From: Octopus sinensis
Taxonomy: Eukaryota
Direction: 5' to 3'
Assembly (NCBI RefSeq): GCF_006345805.1
Contig: NC_043005.1
Location: 94,426,001 to 94,490,000 of the forward strand
DNA: 64,000 bases
The notes beneath the pieces are model-generated. The model searched no databases, was not told the origin of the DNA, and saw only the letters and a program-made list of their open reading frames with translations. Of this stretch, positions 1-10,590 are shown piece by piece. Made by a program: the position numbers and the translations under genes. Positions within the stretch are counted from its first letter, which is position 1. Each line of letters opens with the position of its first letter.

Positions 1-1677
1 AAGAGGACCAATACGTTCAGTTCTTTCGTTGGCGGCACAGTTCCCGCCAACGGTATTCCTTCTCTTGTCGGTGGCACAACCCCAACCGACGTAGTTCCGG
101 GACATTCCGGTGCTACACTGACAGCCGGTAATGTCCCGTTTTTCTTCCTCTTTTTCTTTTTTTTCCCTTTTCAACTGAGGGAGGGTGCGTCTCCTCCGTG
201 GCTGGAAGATTCGCCTTCCTCTCCTCATCCCTATTATCCTTTGGTGAGCACCCATTGTTGCTCACCTTCCTCTTTCGGCCTCTGTTTGAGGAGTCCTCTG
301 CTTTCTCGGCCGTTATCGTTCCCTCTTCTAGAGGGGTTTTACTTAACTGTTCCGGGATCCTATTTTGTTCCCGAGGACAGTTCTTCTTTATGTGGCCGGA
401 CTCCAAGCACCGATGACACTTAGGGGGGGGGGGCGACCTTCAAGCATCACCGGGTACCTGCACCCGGCCATTTTCAAAAAATCTGGAAGAACCAGATTGG
501 CTGATTGGGTCCACAGGGTCAAAATTGCTTTTGACCCAACCCAAGCAGCCGCAGGAAGAACTTTTACATTGAGGAGCTTAGTTTCGCTGTCACCCAGACC
601 CCGGCGGATAGTCTCCTCTATCCACTCGGGTTCTATGTCGGGTGGCAATCCGCAGATCCAAGCTTTCATCAATTTCTTTTTTTTGTACGTGGGCAGGAAT
701 AAGATTTCCTTACCCTCCAGGAGTTTGCTAGCAAATTTGCAAGCCTCTTCAGGGGTGTCAAATAGCAACCACACCGTTGCATATTTGACACCCCTGGAAA
801 TGAATTTAATTGTTGGCAAATACTCTTCCAACTCCTCCTCAATTGCCGTCTTTTCGAATAGGGCGATGGTGTCGAGTGCCTTGGAGTAGGTTCTCAACAC
901 CACCGTCCTATCTTCACGGTCTTTTAACCACTTTTTAGGTGGTATGATTTCCCACTCCAAAATTTTGTTATTTTTCATTGCCATGTTTTTTTTTTTAAAT
1001 ATATTCAAATTAAACTAAAAAAGCAGGAAGAAAAAAGTTCAAAAGTCCAAATAAAATTTGATAGATTTTTGAAAAAACAAAAAAGGAGAAAGCACAACAG
1101 AAGGGAAGAAATCAACGGAAAGTCGCAATAAAGAAAAAAAACAAAAGGGGGGGGGTTAAGTGAAGTTCAAAAGAAAGTTAATAAACAGAAAAAACACAGC
1201 AAAAATATTCTGGCCTTGCGGTACTCCCGGCCTGGGTTGAACCTGGAACGCCGCAACTGCAACACAACCTCCACAAAAATGGGTCCGAAAGGTAATCCAA
1301 TAGTGGCTTATTTTTATAATTTTCTTGCGAAGTAGTAGTTTTCACAATTCATAAAAGTTCTTCACAGCACAATACAATTCTCACAATTACGTGAGAAAAC
1401 TATTTACTCAATTTATCGAGGACAGATACGCCCCGCCAAAATTTTCTCAGCGAGAAAAATATACTTTCCACATGTCGGCAGAATCAGAATTCTGAATCCA
1501 GTAGGACTTCCTGCCTGTAAAAAACAATTCTCAACAAAAACTCCCACTGGACCCAGAAAACAGAATCTTACCTTACATGGGGCTTCCAAAGTTTTCAATT
1601 TAAGACGGCTTCAATAGCACGTCTTCACCGCTTCAGTGCCAAACACAACACTGACTCGCACATGCGCAGAAGCAACC
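1..1677 (-). mobile_element. ORF1-only Tx1-like retroelement, copy A (diverged; 3' part runs off the window)
   Basis: 5' region homologous to copies B and C and begins right after the 15-bp junction at 1678-1692. Carries a diverged ORF1 (LEWEIIPPK..VVLRTYS..ISRGVKYATVWLLF..CHRCLESGHIKKNC). Confidence 0.8.
113..984 (-). pseudogene. Tx1-type ORF1/Gag-like protein (RRM-like + CCHC zinc knuckle), frameshifted
   Basis: ATG at 984. ORF 388..1008 shifts into ORF 113..406 at an 11-G run (423-433) immediately before C-HR-C-LESG-H-IKKN-C. The C-terminus probably continues past 113 in another frame. Confidence 0.8.
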
Positions 1678-1692
1678 GTTAGCAAGCTACTT
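1678..1692 (-). repeat. 15-bp junction / putative target-site duplication AAGTAGCTTGCTAAC
   Basis: Identical 15-mer at 1678-1692, 3659-3673 and 5643-5657. It matches 14/15 to the intact SINE site at 6476-6490 and 37793-37807. Confidence 0.8.
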
Positions 1693-3658
1693 TATTTTAT
1701 ATAATTTGCCACTAGGGCAGCACACAGAGTAGTAGCTACGGGCTGGACAAGGACATTAATGGATGATGGTGGTGGTGGATGAAGATGGTGATGGGAGAAG
1801 CCGAAAGCGCCCGCCGACTTTCGCTTCTCTAAAACAATGTTTCAATAAATACATTTAATAAAATGTTCACAATGATTTAAATTACATAAAAATGTTCAAC
1901 AATTCTTCTCGTCAGGTCCCCGAAGCAAATTGTCTTGACGCCTGCAGACAACTCTGCGACGACAAGTCGGGGCCTGCAAAGAGAAAAGTAAAGTCTTTCT
2001 TTTCAAAGGTCTCTGCGACCCTTGACAAAGTATCTTCTGTTACTTTTTCCGCAGCTACGCACGGAGGCCATAACGGACTCCTTGAGCCGACCGTGCCCTT
2101 ACGTACTCGGGCACCCAAGCCATTCAAGAATCTTTCCACCTCCTCTCCCTTGTGGTAAAGGAGGAGAAGCATCTCCTCTTCACAGGGAGGGACCTCACAC
2201 TGCTCCGTCAGTGGCACACTTCCTACTGGCGGAGCCTTGTCCGCGGGTGGCACACATCCCACCCGCGGCTCCGTCGGCGACACAGAAACGTCAGTCGTCC
2301 GACCTCTCCTTTTTCTCCTCCTTCTTTTGGGGGAGACTGCTGACCCAGGGGACTCCGTCACCAGACACGGGGGATTGCTATCCCCCTTCGCCCCCTGAGC
2401 GTTCTTTGGCGGGAAACCATTGTTGCTCGCCTTTCTCTTTCTTTTCGTGGAGGCAGCCTCCTCCACGACTTCCATCGTCTCCCCCTCCAATGAGGGGGCG
2501 GCGGGCGCCTTTTCCCCTTTCTGCTCCGGGGCACCACCACGGCCCCTGGGACAATTCTTCCTGATATGTCCGGGCTTCAGGCACAGATGACACTTGGGGG
2601 GGCGACCCTCGAGTATCACCGGGTACCTGTGCCCAGCCATTCTCAGGAAGTCCGGGAATTTCATTTCTCCCACGGCTACCGGTGTCCACAGGGTCAAAGT
2701 TGCCCTCGACCCCTCCCAGGCGACCGCGGGAGCCACCTTCACACTCAGCAGTCTGGGTCCGCTATCCCCCAGGCCTCGCCGGATGGTCTTCTCGATCCAT
2801 TCCGCCTCCGTGCCCGGGGGCAGCCCACACACCCAGGCTCTTTTCACTTTTCTGTCACAATACGAGGGGAGGAACAAAATTTCCTCTCCCTCCAGTGGCT
2901 CGCTAGCAAATCTGCTAGCTTCCTCGGGGGTACCAAACAGCAACCACACCGTTGCAAATTTAGTCCCCCGAGAAATAAATTTTATAGTTGGCAGGTAGTC
3001 CCCCAACTCTTTCTCTATAGTATTCCTGTCGAAGAGGGCAATGACTCCACGCGACCTAGAATAGGTTCGCAGGACCACCGTCCTCTTCTCAAGACTTTCA
3101 ATCCACTGCTTGGGTGGGACGACCTCCCATTCCAAAGCGGTGGTTTCTTTTGTTGCCATGTTTTTTTTTTTTTTTTTAAATAAATGTATTTAGAATAAAC
3201 TAAAAAACGAGAAGAAAAGGAAATCCGAAGAAAGTCACAATGAAAAAAGGAGAGAGTCAAATAAAGTTGAAAAGAAAGTCAAAAACACAGCAAAATCCTT
3301 TTGGCCATTTGGTACTCCCGGCCTAAATCGAACCAGGATCGCACAACTTCCACATAAATTGGTGTAAAATTGGTAGTTCTTCACAGCACAATGCAATTCT
3401 CACAATTCGAAGACGGATACGCCCCCAAAAATTTTCTCAGCGAGAAAAATATATCTGCCACATGTCGGCAGAATCAGAATTCTGAATTCAGTAGGACTTC
3501 CTGCATGTAAAAAATAATTCTCAACAAAAACTCCCACTGGACCCAGAAAACAGAATCTTAACTTACATGGGGCTTCCAAAATTTTCAATTCAAGACGGCT
3601 TCAAAAGCACATCTTCACTGCTTCAGTGGCAAACACAACACTGACTCGCACATGCGCA
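1693..3658 (-). mobile_element. ORF1-only Tx1-like retroelement, copy B (complete, about 1.97 kb)
   Basis: Bounded by the two 15-bp repeats. Single ORF, 3' UTR with a GC hairpin, terminal stem-loop and AATAAA. No RT or endonuclease coding sequence. Confidence 0.85.
1912..3159 (-). CDS. Intact 415-aa ORF1/Gag-like nucleic-acid-binding protein (RRM-like N-terminus, CX2CX4HX4C knuckle, K/R-rich segments)
   Basis: Open frame from an A-run-ACATGG start. Contains C-HL-C-LKPG-H-IRKN-C, KRKRK and KRRRRKRRGR. Motifs GTKFATV..F..PEEA..F and YPVILEGRPPKC match the ORF1 relic of the Tx1 element at 62.3-62.7 kb. Confidence 0.85.
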   Translation of the reverse strand: MATKETTALEWEVVPPKQWIESLEKRTVVLRTYSRSRGVIALFDRNTIEKELGDYLPTIKFISRGTKFATVWLLFGTPEEASRFASEPLEGEEILFLPSYCDRKVKRAWVCGLPPGTEAEWIEKTIRRGLGDSGPRLLSVKVAPAVAWEGSRATLTLWTPVAVGEMKFPDFLRMAGHRYPVILEGRPPKCHLCLKPGHIRKNCPRGRGGAPEQKGEKAPAAPSLEGETMEVVEEAASTKRKRKASNNGFPPKNAQGAKGDSNPPCLVTESPGSAVSPKRRRRKRRGRTTDVSVSPTEPRVGCVPPADKAPPVGSVPLTEQCEVPPCEEEMLLLLYHKGEEVERFLNGLGARVRKGTVGSRSPLWPPCVAAEKVTEDTLSRVAETFEKKDFTFLFAGPDLSSQSCLQASRQFASGT

Positions 3659-3673
3659 GTTAGCAAGCTACTT
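3659..3673 (-). repeat. 15-bp junction / putative target-site duplication
   Basis: Same 15-mer, between copies B and C. Confidence 0.8.
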
Positions 3674-5642
3674 TATTTTATATAATTTGCCACTAGGGCA
3701 GCACACAGAGTAGTAGCTACGGGCTGGACAAGGACATTAATGGATGATGGTGGTGGTGGATGAAGATGGTGATGGGAGAAGTCGAAAGCGCCCGCCGACT
3801 TTCGCTTCTCTAAAACAATGTTTCAATAAATACATTTAATAAAATGTTCAAAAAATGTTCAACAATTCTTCTCGTCAGGTCCCCGAAGCAAATTGTCTTG
3901 CCGCCTGCAGACAACTCTGCGACGACAAGTCGGGGCCTGCAAAGAGAAAGGTAAAGTCTTTCTTTTCAAAGGTCTCTGCGACCCTTGACAAAGTATCTTC
4001 TGTTACTTTTTCCGCAGCTACCTGCGGAGGCCATAACGGACTCCTTGAGCCGACCGTGTCCTTACGCTCTCGGTCACCCAAGCCATTCAAGAATCTTTCA
4101 ACCTCCTCTCCCTTGTGGTAAAGGAGGAGAAGCATCTCCTCTTCACAGGGAGGGACCTCACACTGCTCCGTCGGTGGCACACTTCCTACTGGCGGAGCCT
4201 TGTCCGCGGGTGGCACACCATCCCACCCGCGGCTCCGTCGGCGACACAGAAACGTCAGTCGTCCGACCTCTCCTTTTTCTCCTCCTTCTTTTGGGGGAGA
4301 CTGCTGACCCAGGGGACTCCGTCACCAGACACGGGGGATTGCTATCCCCCTTCGCCCCCTGAGCGTTCTTTGGCGGGCAACCATTGTTGCTCGCCTTTCT
4401 CTTTCTTTTCGTGGAGGCAACCTCCTCCACGACTTCCATCGTCTCCCCCTCCAATGAGGGGGCGGCGGGCGCCTTTTCCCCTCTCTGCTCCGGGGCACCA
4501 CCACGGCCCCTGGGACAATTCTTCCTGATATGTCCGGGCTTCAGGCACAGGTGACACTTGGGGGGGCGACCCTCGAGTATCACCAGGTACCTGTGCCCAG
4601 CCATTCTCAGGAAGTCCAGGAATTTCATTTCCCCCACGGCTACCGGTGTTCACAGGGTCAAAGTTGCCCTCGACCCCTGCCAGGCGACCGCGGGAGCCAC
4701 CTTCACACTCAGCAGTCTGGGTCCGCTATCCCCCAGGCCTCGCCGGATGGTCTTCTCGATCCATTCCGCCTCCGTGCCCGGGGGCAGCCCACACACCCAG
4801 GCTCTTTTCACTTTTCTGCCACAATACGAGGGAGGAACAAAATTTCCTCTCCCTCCAGTGGCTCGCTAGCAAATCTGCTAGCTTCCTCGGGGGTACCAAA
4901 CAGCAACCAGACCGTTGCAAATTTTGTCCCCCGAGAAATAAATTTTATAGTTGGCAGGTATTCCCCCAACTCTTTCTCTATAGTATTCCTGTCGAAGAGG
5001 GCAATGACTCCACGCGACCTAGAATAGGTTCGTAGGACCACCGTCCTCTTCTCAAGACTTTCAATCCACTGCTTGGGTGGGACGACCTCCCATTCCAAAG
5101 CGGTGGTTTCTTTTGTTGCCATGTTTTTTTTTTTTTTTTTAAATAAATGTATTTAGAATAAAACTGAAAAACGAGAAGAAAAGGAAATCCGAAGAAAGTC
5201 ACAATGAAAAAAGGAGAGAGTCAAATAAAGTTGAAAAGAAAGTCAAAGAAAGTTAAAAAGAAAGTCAAAAACACAGCAAAATCCTTTTGGCCATTTGGTA
5301 CTCCCGGCCTAAATCGAATCAGGATCGCACAACTTCCACAAAAATTGGTGTAAAATTGGTAGTTCTTCACAGCACCATACAATTTTCACAATTCGAAGAC
5401 GGATACGCCCCCAAAATTTTCTCAGCGAGAAAAATATATCTGCCACATGTCGGCAGAATCAGAATTCTGAATCCAGTAGGACTTCCTGCATGTAAAAAAT
5501 AATTCTCAACAAAAACTCCCACTGGACCCAGAAAACAGAATCTTACCTTACATGGGGCTTCCAAAGTTTCAATTCAAGACGGCTTCAAAAGCACATCTTC
5601 ACTGCTTCAGTAGCAAACACAACACTGACTCGCACATGCGCA
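3674..5642 (-). mobile_element. ORF1-only Tx1-like retroelement, copy C (complete)
   Basis: Near-identical to copy B over its full length (unit spacing 1981 and 1984 bp). Confidence 0.85.
3875..5122 (-). pseudogene. ORF1/Gag-like protein, copy C, two single-base indels
   Basis: ORFs 4808..5122, 4158..4637 and 3875..4216 together reproduce the copy B protein. One G is lost in a G-run near 4830 and one C is gained near 4219. Confidence 0.85.
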
Positions 5643-5679
5643 GTTAGCAAGCTACTTACCACACAGCTACTCCTGCGCC
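5643..5679 (-). mobile_element. 5' head of a tRNA-derived SINE, interrupted by the array
   Basis: Minus strand reads GGCGCAGGAGTAGCTGTGTGGTAAGTAGCTTGCTAAC, matching the SINE starts at 6454 (+) and 37829 (-). Confidence 0.85.
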
Positions 5680-6453
5680 ATAAAATGTCATAAAATGCTT
5701 AATCTCTCTTAAATTATACATCATTGTCTCAAAAACGAAAATCACATTTGTTATATTAGACCCAGCTATATTAGGGTTAACATGAAAGTGCTCACGTTTG
5801 GTTGTAACTTTGTTCATCAGAAACTGATCTTTGAAGCCATGTTCGTCTTTGCATCTACCGCTTCTTTTCTGGAAACAGTTTTTTTTTATGGAGCAGATCA
5901 TATATCTGCCCGATCAGGACTGATCTGGGGTTAAGCAACAGAAAAAAAAGCAACTTTTATTGCAACGTCTCTTATTTCTGGCTGCCATCAAATAATTCTT
6001 TTCGGGACAAATGGTATAAAGTATCAATTATTTCTCGGCAAGATGACTTTTGAACCACTGTAGTTATACTATGGATTCCAAAGAGATACAAGTCGATACT
6101 AGCGTGTTGTGAACCTAGGAAATCCACAGACTCTCTCTTCCGCGCAACACACACACGCGCACACACACATGCACACACACGTACGTATACACACAAATAC
6201 ACACACCCATACACATTCAAGATAAGGAATAACTAAGGATGTTCCATAAGCATTATCAAAACATTCAATTTCCATCGAAGATTCTAGTGGAGTGAGTTTC
6301 AAAGAGTGCATCACAAGTGATAATGAAATGGACCGTGGGTTATTTTAGAAATATAATTCAAGGTTTCAGAAAATCTGTACTGATGTCTTAAAAAGCGTTG
6401 TATTCTTAATTTTCAGAAATTTATTGTGCATCATCTCACAAAACTTAGGTATA

Positions 6454-6845
6454 GGCGTAGGAGTGACTGTGTGGTAAGTAGCTTGCTTACGAACCACATG
6501 GTTCCGGGTTCAGTCTCACTGCGTGGCACCTTGGGCAGGTGTCTTCTACTATAGCCCCGGGTCGACCAAAGCCTTGTGGGTGGATTTGGTAGACGGAAAC
6601 TGAAAGAAGCCCGTCGTATATATCTGTATATATATATATGTATGTGTGTATGTTTGTGTGTCTGTGTTTGTCCCCTCCCCAACTGATGCTGTTGTGTTTA
6701 CGTCCCCGTCACTTAGCGGTTCGGTAAAAGAGACCGATAGAATAAGTACTAGGCTTACAAAGAATATGTTCTGAGGTCGATTTGCTCGACTAAAAGAGGT
6801 ACTCCAGCATGGCCACAGCCACATTACTGAAACGAGTAAAAGAGT
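6454..6845 (+). mobile_element. tRNA-derived SINE (octopus OK/OR-like), full length
   Basis: Head GGCGTAGGAGTGACTGTGTGGTAAG..GGTTCAGTC, internal CA/TA repeat, tail shared with other copies in the window. Confidence 0.85.
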
Positions 6846-7279
6846 ATACTCACACCGATACCTTATAAGGTTGAGTTACGACATTTATAGAAAGAGGATG
6901 AGTGGAAAGTAGACACCCTTCTCTCCGCACATACAAACTTGGAGTAGCAATAGCACGTCACTATGATGAGATCGCGAATAACGATGAAAGGACTCTGACA
7001 AATTGATTGATTAACCGAGCAATTAATCAAACAACCGATTATTTAATTGATTAAGTGGTTTACTACTTGACAAATAATAATAAAAGATGTGAAATATAAC
7101 CAGTGGGCATATTTATAGCATAATGAATCTTTCAAAATCTCTATCATAAACCACGAAACGATGTTTCGTAGCAATATATATATATACATATCAAAACAAA
7201 ATGCTCTTATCATCAAAGAGAAACCTCAAATTATCTTAAAAGGTTATCAAATAAAAATATTTTTAGAAGTACAATAACA

Positions 7280-8560
7280 GTTTCCGAAGAAGCTCAAATT
7301 GTTTCTTATGAACTAACTGGAGCGGCTGCACAGAAAAATCAGTTGCATACTTTGGCAGAGTCGATTATTTTGCATGCATACAGAAAGATTAAAACAATTT
7401 TGGGGGATGAAGCCGAACAAGAAATCAAGTAAAATTCCTTTCTCAAACGACACACTTGATAAACGCATTTTGGAACTGTCTTTTGACATCGAAGAAAATG
7501 TATGCCACGATTAGCTTCAACATTCAAGTTTTGCTTTGAAAGTCGATGAAGCAGCAGATATTACCAGCAAAGCTCAGCTATTGGCATCCATTCGTTTTAT
7601 CGAAGATCAAATAGTAAATCAAATTTTTTGTTGCTACAAAGGAATGCCAGACACTAAAAAAAGGTGAACGCATTATTCCTATTTGAAAAATGAGAGTTAT
7701 TATGAAAGTCACGGTTGGTACTTGTACCGATGGAAGTCTTTCTATGGTTGGCAATATGAAGGTTACAAACACATGTAAAAAAAAAACCCAGCAATATCCG
7801 TATGTTATTAAAACCCACTGCTTTCTAGATAGAGACCTTGATTGTTAAAACATTGGGAGTTGAATTGAAACTAATTTTATATTAAGTTGTTTAATTTAAT
7901 TAAAAGCTCGTTTGTTTGGGAAAATTTGCATTCACACAGCTTCGCAGTACTGACGCTTGTTTTTAACGCATCAAAGTGAGATGGTTGTGAAAGAGAAAAG
8001 GAACTCTGAAAGGAGACTTTTTTTCTTTTGTATTTTTTAAAGAAATTAATCAAAAACACTTTTGAAATGCCTTCAAAGTGAATATATGGTTGTCTTGCCT
8101 GGAATATTTGACAAGCATATTTCAACACCTTAATAGCATGAAAAGGTAAAAAAAGAAAAAAAAAAAAGAAAAAAGAAAAGAAAATATCCTTGACTCTACA
8201 GATAAATTGGCAGAATTTCAGAAATAAATAGTAACTCGGTAAAGAGAAACTAGAGTTGATAATTCTGATATGACTTCCATTATAACTGAGCATTTAACAA
8301 CGCTAGAAGAGAAAGTGAGCATTATTTTCCCTAATTAAACATTGAACAATATGATTGGAATCGACACTCTTTCATGTAAAATCCTGTTATTGTTCATTTA
8401 AAATTATCTCAAGAAGAACAGTGTTTTTTTCTTTATCCAATGCTTACGAATTAATATTTAAACGAAGGAACCGGTTTTTGAAAGTTGCTTATCGCATATG
8501 AAGAGTAAGCGATGTTTTCATCTATGCATTTGCAGAAACATGTCGTATTCGCAGGCAGTG
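7280..8560 (+). mobile_element. hAT (Buster/Charlie/ZBED5-like) transposase relic
   Basis: Broken frames read HTLAESIIL, KIPFSNDTLDKRI, FALKVDEAADITSKAQLL, CTDGSLSMVG and THCFLDRE. Confidence 0.8.
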
Positions 8561-8849
8561 GAATGTTTTAAATGGTGCATTAAAAGACATTGATTTAAAA
8601 CATACATTGCATACAAACAAACATTACTCCTCATAAACGTAAAAATAAGAAACGAAATTTTATGTGGTATACCATATAGTTTAAATGTTTGTTTCAACGT
8701 TGCCGCGATTTTAATAAACCTTATAAATAAGTAGTTATAGCAGTTTTAGGAACACCAGCAGGTTCTATGAGAATCTGGTTATAAGCACGTAGAAACTCGA
8801 TTTTAGAAAAACAGAACAACTATCTGAATAAGTTGAAAAATCTTAAATA

Positions 8850-9400
8850 CTAGCAGGTCCCGTGGAAATTCCACGGTATAAGTCAGTACGTTTGAAAACA
8901 TTATGGTAGTATATTGAACACAAATAAGAAGTTCCAAAAAATTCTTTTGATATCCTCTTTCATAAGGTATTGATTGTTTACCTCCTTGTAATAATTTTGA
9001 CATGTATGATGTGCTTTATAGTTTAAGGAAATAAATGACGAATTAAAAACTTATATATATTAATTAAATGTCTATTATTTAAAATCTTGTTAAATATCTG
9101 TCCCTGTGCCTTATTTATTGGCAGAGAGCAGGACAGCCTTATAGGGAACTGAACTCGTTCCGAAATGAAAGGAAGGTTGGAGTCATTTGGAGCGAGCTTA
9201 TATAATTATAAGATCCAGAAAATAGCGTTGAGTTAGTGTTGTACCAAAACCTTCGCTGCTTCTATAACCAGTAGAAAAAACCCCCATCCCAGTATGAACC
9301 TGTAAAACTCTTCCTGTCTATGTAATTACATTAGCACTTATATATGCTCCTTTAGAGTAATGTGTCTTTCTAAAGCTTTAGTTTGTCGAGCTAAAGTCCC
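8850..9400 (-). mobile_element. 3' fragment of an autonomous Helitron (PIF1-like helicase C-terminus plus terminus)
   Basis: Minus frame NDSNLPFISERVQFPIRLSCSLPINKAQGQIF (about 9085-9195). Hairpin CCGTGGAA-T-TTCCACGG (8860-8876) followed by CTAG|T at 8850-8853. Confidence 0.8.
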
Positions 9401-10023
9401 TTGTGCAATTAGCAATGAAACAAGAATATATATAGGGCTTTAAAAATATGTCTAGAATTTAAAGCATGACAATATTAACAATTATAAAATCTAATGGTAA
9501 ATTGTAGAAGTAACCCTGCAATTAATGGTTCCAACGCGTGTGATCTTTGTCTCTCTTAGAAATACAACACTGTTACAGCATTTTGCAATTGGAACATAAA
9601 ACCAGAATCCGTGAATTCATGCATACACTACCATCGCTATTTCCAAATATCAACTGGTTAAAATAGATTATTTCTTCAAAAGTGAGAAAATTTTAACTTT
9701 TCTGTTGCCGCATGATATTTCAACGCCTTTTCGAAAAGAAATATTTCTTCAACAAATTTTGTGTAACGTTCGAACTTTATTCAGCTTGACAAGTGCTCTG
9801 ATGCAAAAATCTAGACACTTAAGTCACTACACAAACTCACATTCTCACAAACATTAAAATTCATTTATAATATTCTAGTGACGTAGCTGAAGATAAAATG
9901 TTTTTGTGTATCTGTCTATTTGTCCACATACATATATACACACACACGCAAACACACCCACCCAAATATAGAATTCATATATATATATATGTGAATAAAA
10001 TTTATATATACAGTATATATGTA

Positions 10024-10098
<75 letters not shown>

Positions 10099-10439
10099 TG
10101 TGTATAGTGTCTACACGTTTGGTAGTTTATCTCTGTAAGCCTGTCTTTATTTCTGGTTATCTACATCTCTGTAGACAGACTCATACAGAGATAGGTGAAT
10201 TTGAAAGTTAGAATATGAAGATTTTAAGTGATAAATTTAAAATTACCATTAACTTCAAAATTAAAAGTTAATGATTATTAATTAATGATAAAGAATTTCA
10301 GAAATATAAAAAAAGAAAGAAGACACAACACCACCAACAGTACGACGACGACGACGACGATGATGATGATCATGATATAGATATGGAAATTCAAGGAATT
10401 TGATAAAAGCTAACAGTACGTGAGTGGGTACCGTTGTGC

Positions 10440-10590
10440 ATGATAGTCCTGGAATAGTGGATTAGACTAAAGATACATTAGACAGGAAAACTGGAAGTTT
10501 AACTATGCATGGAGTGTTTCTTCCGGAGGCAAATGTCAGTCGTTTGTTGAAGGCTGGAGGGAGAGGACTTCTGACTGTGTGGTTGGTAAT
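10440..10590 (+). mobile_element. R4/Dong-type (RLE) non-LTR fragment
   Basis: Reads LDRKT..LTMHGVFLPEANVSRL..GGRGLL, like LDRKIRKLLTMHRMHHPKADTERLYL..GGRGLL at 40.2 kb. Confidence 0.6.

Noticed and set aside
1694-1703. TATATAAAAT as a TATA box for the next unit
   Set aside because: It lies about 40 nt or more from the TCAGT motif, is absent upstream of copy C, and is better explained as the polyadenylation end of the previous unit. A HeT-A-like 3' promoter is not excluded.
198-5035. Plus-strand ORFs overlapping the ORF1 array
   Set aside because: Antisense shadows of a GC-rich coding strand with no recognisable motifs.
1678-5657. Regularly spaced direct repeats as a CRISPR-like array
   Set aside because: The spacing is about 2 kb with homologous units, the context is eukaryotic and there are no cas genes.
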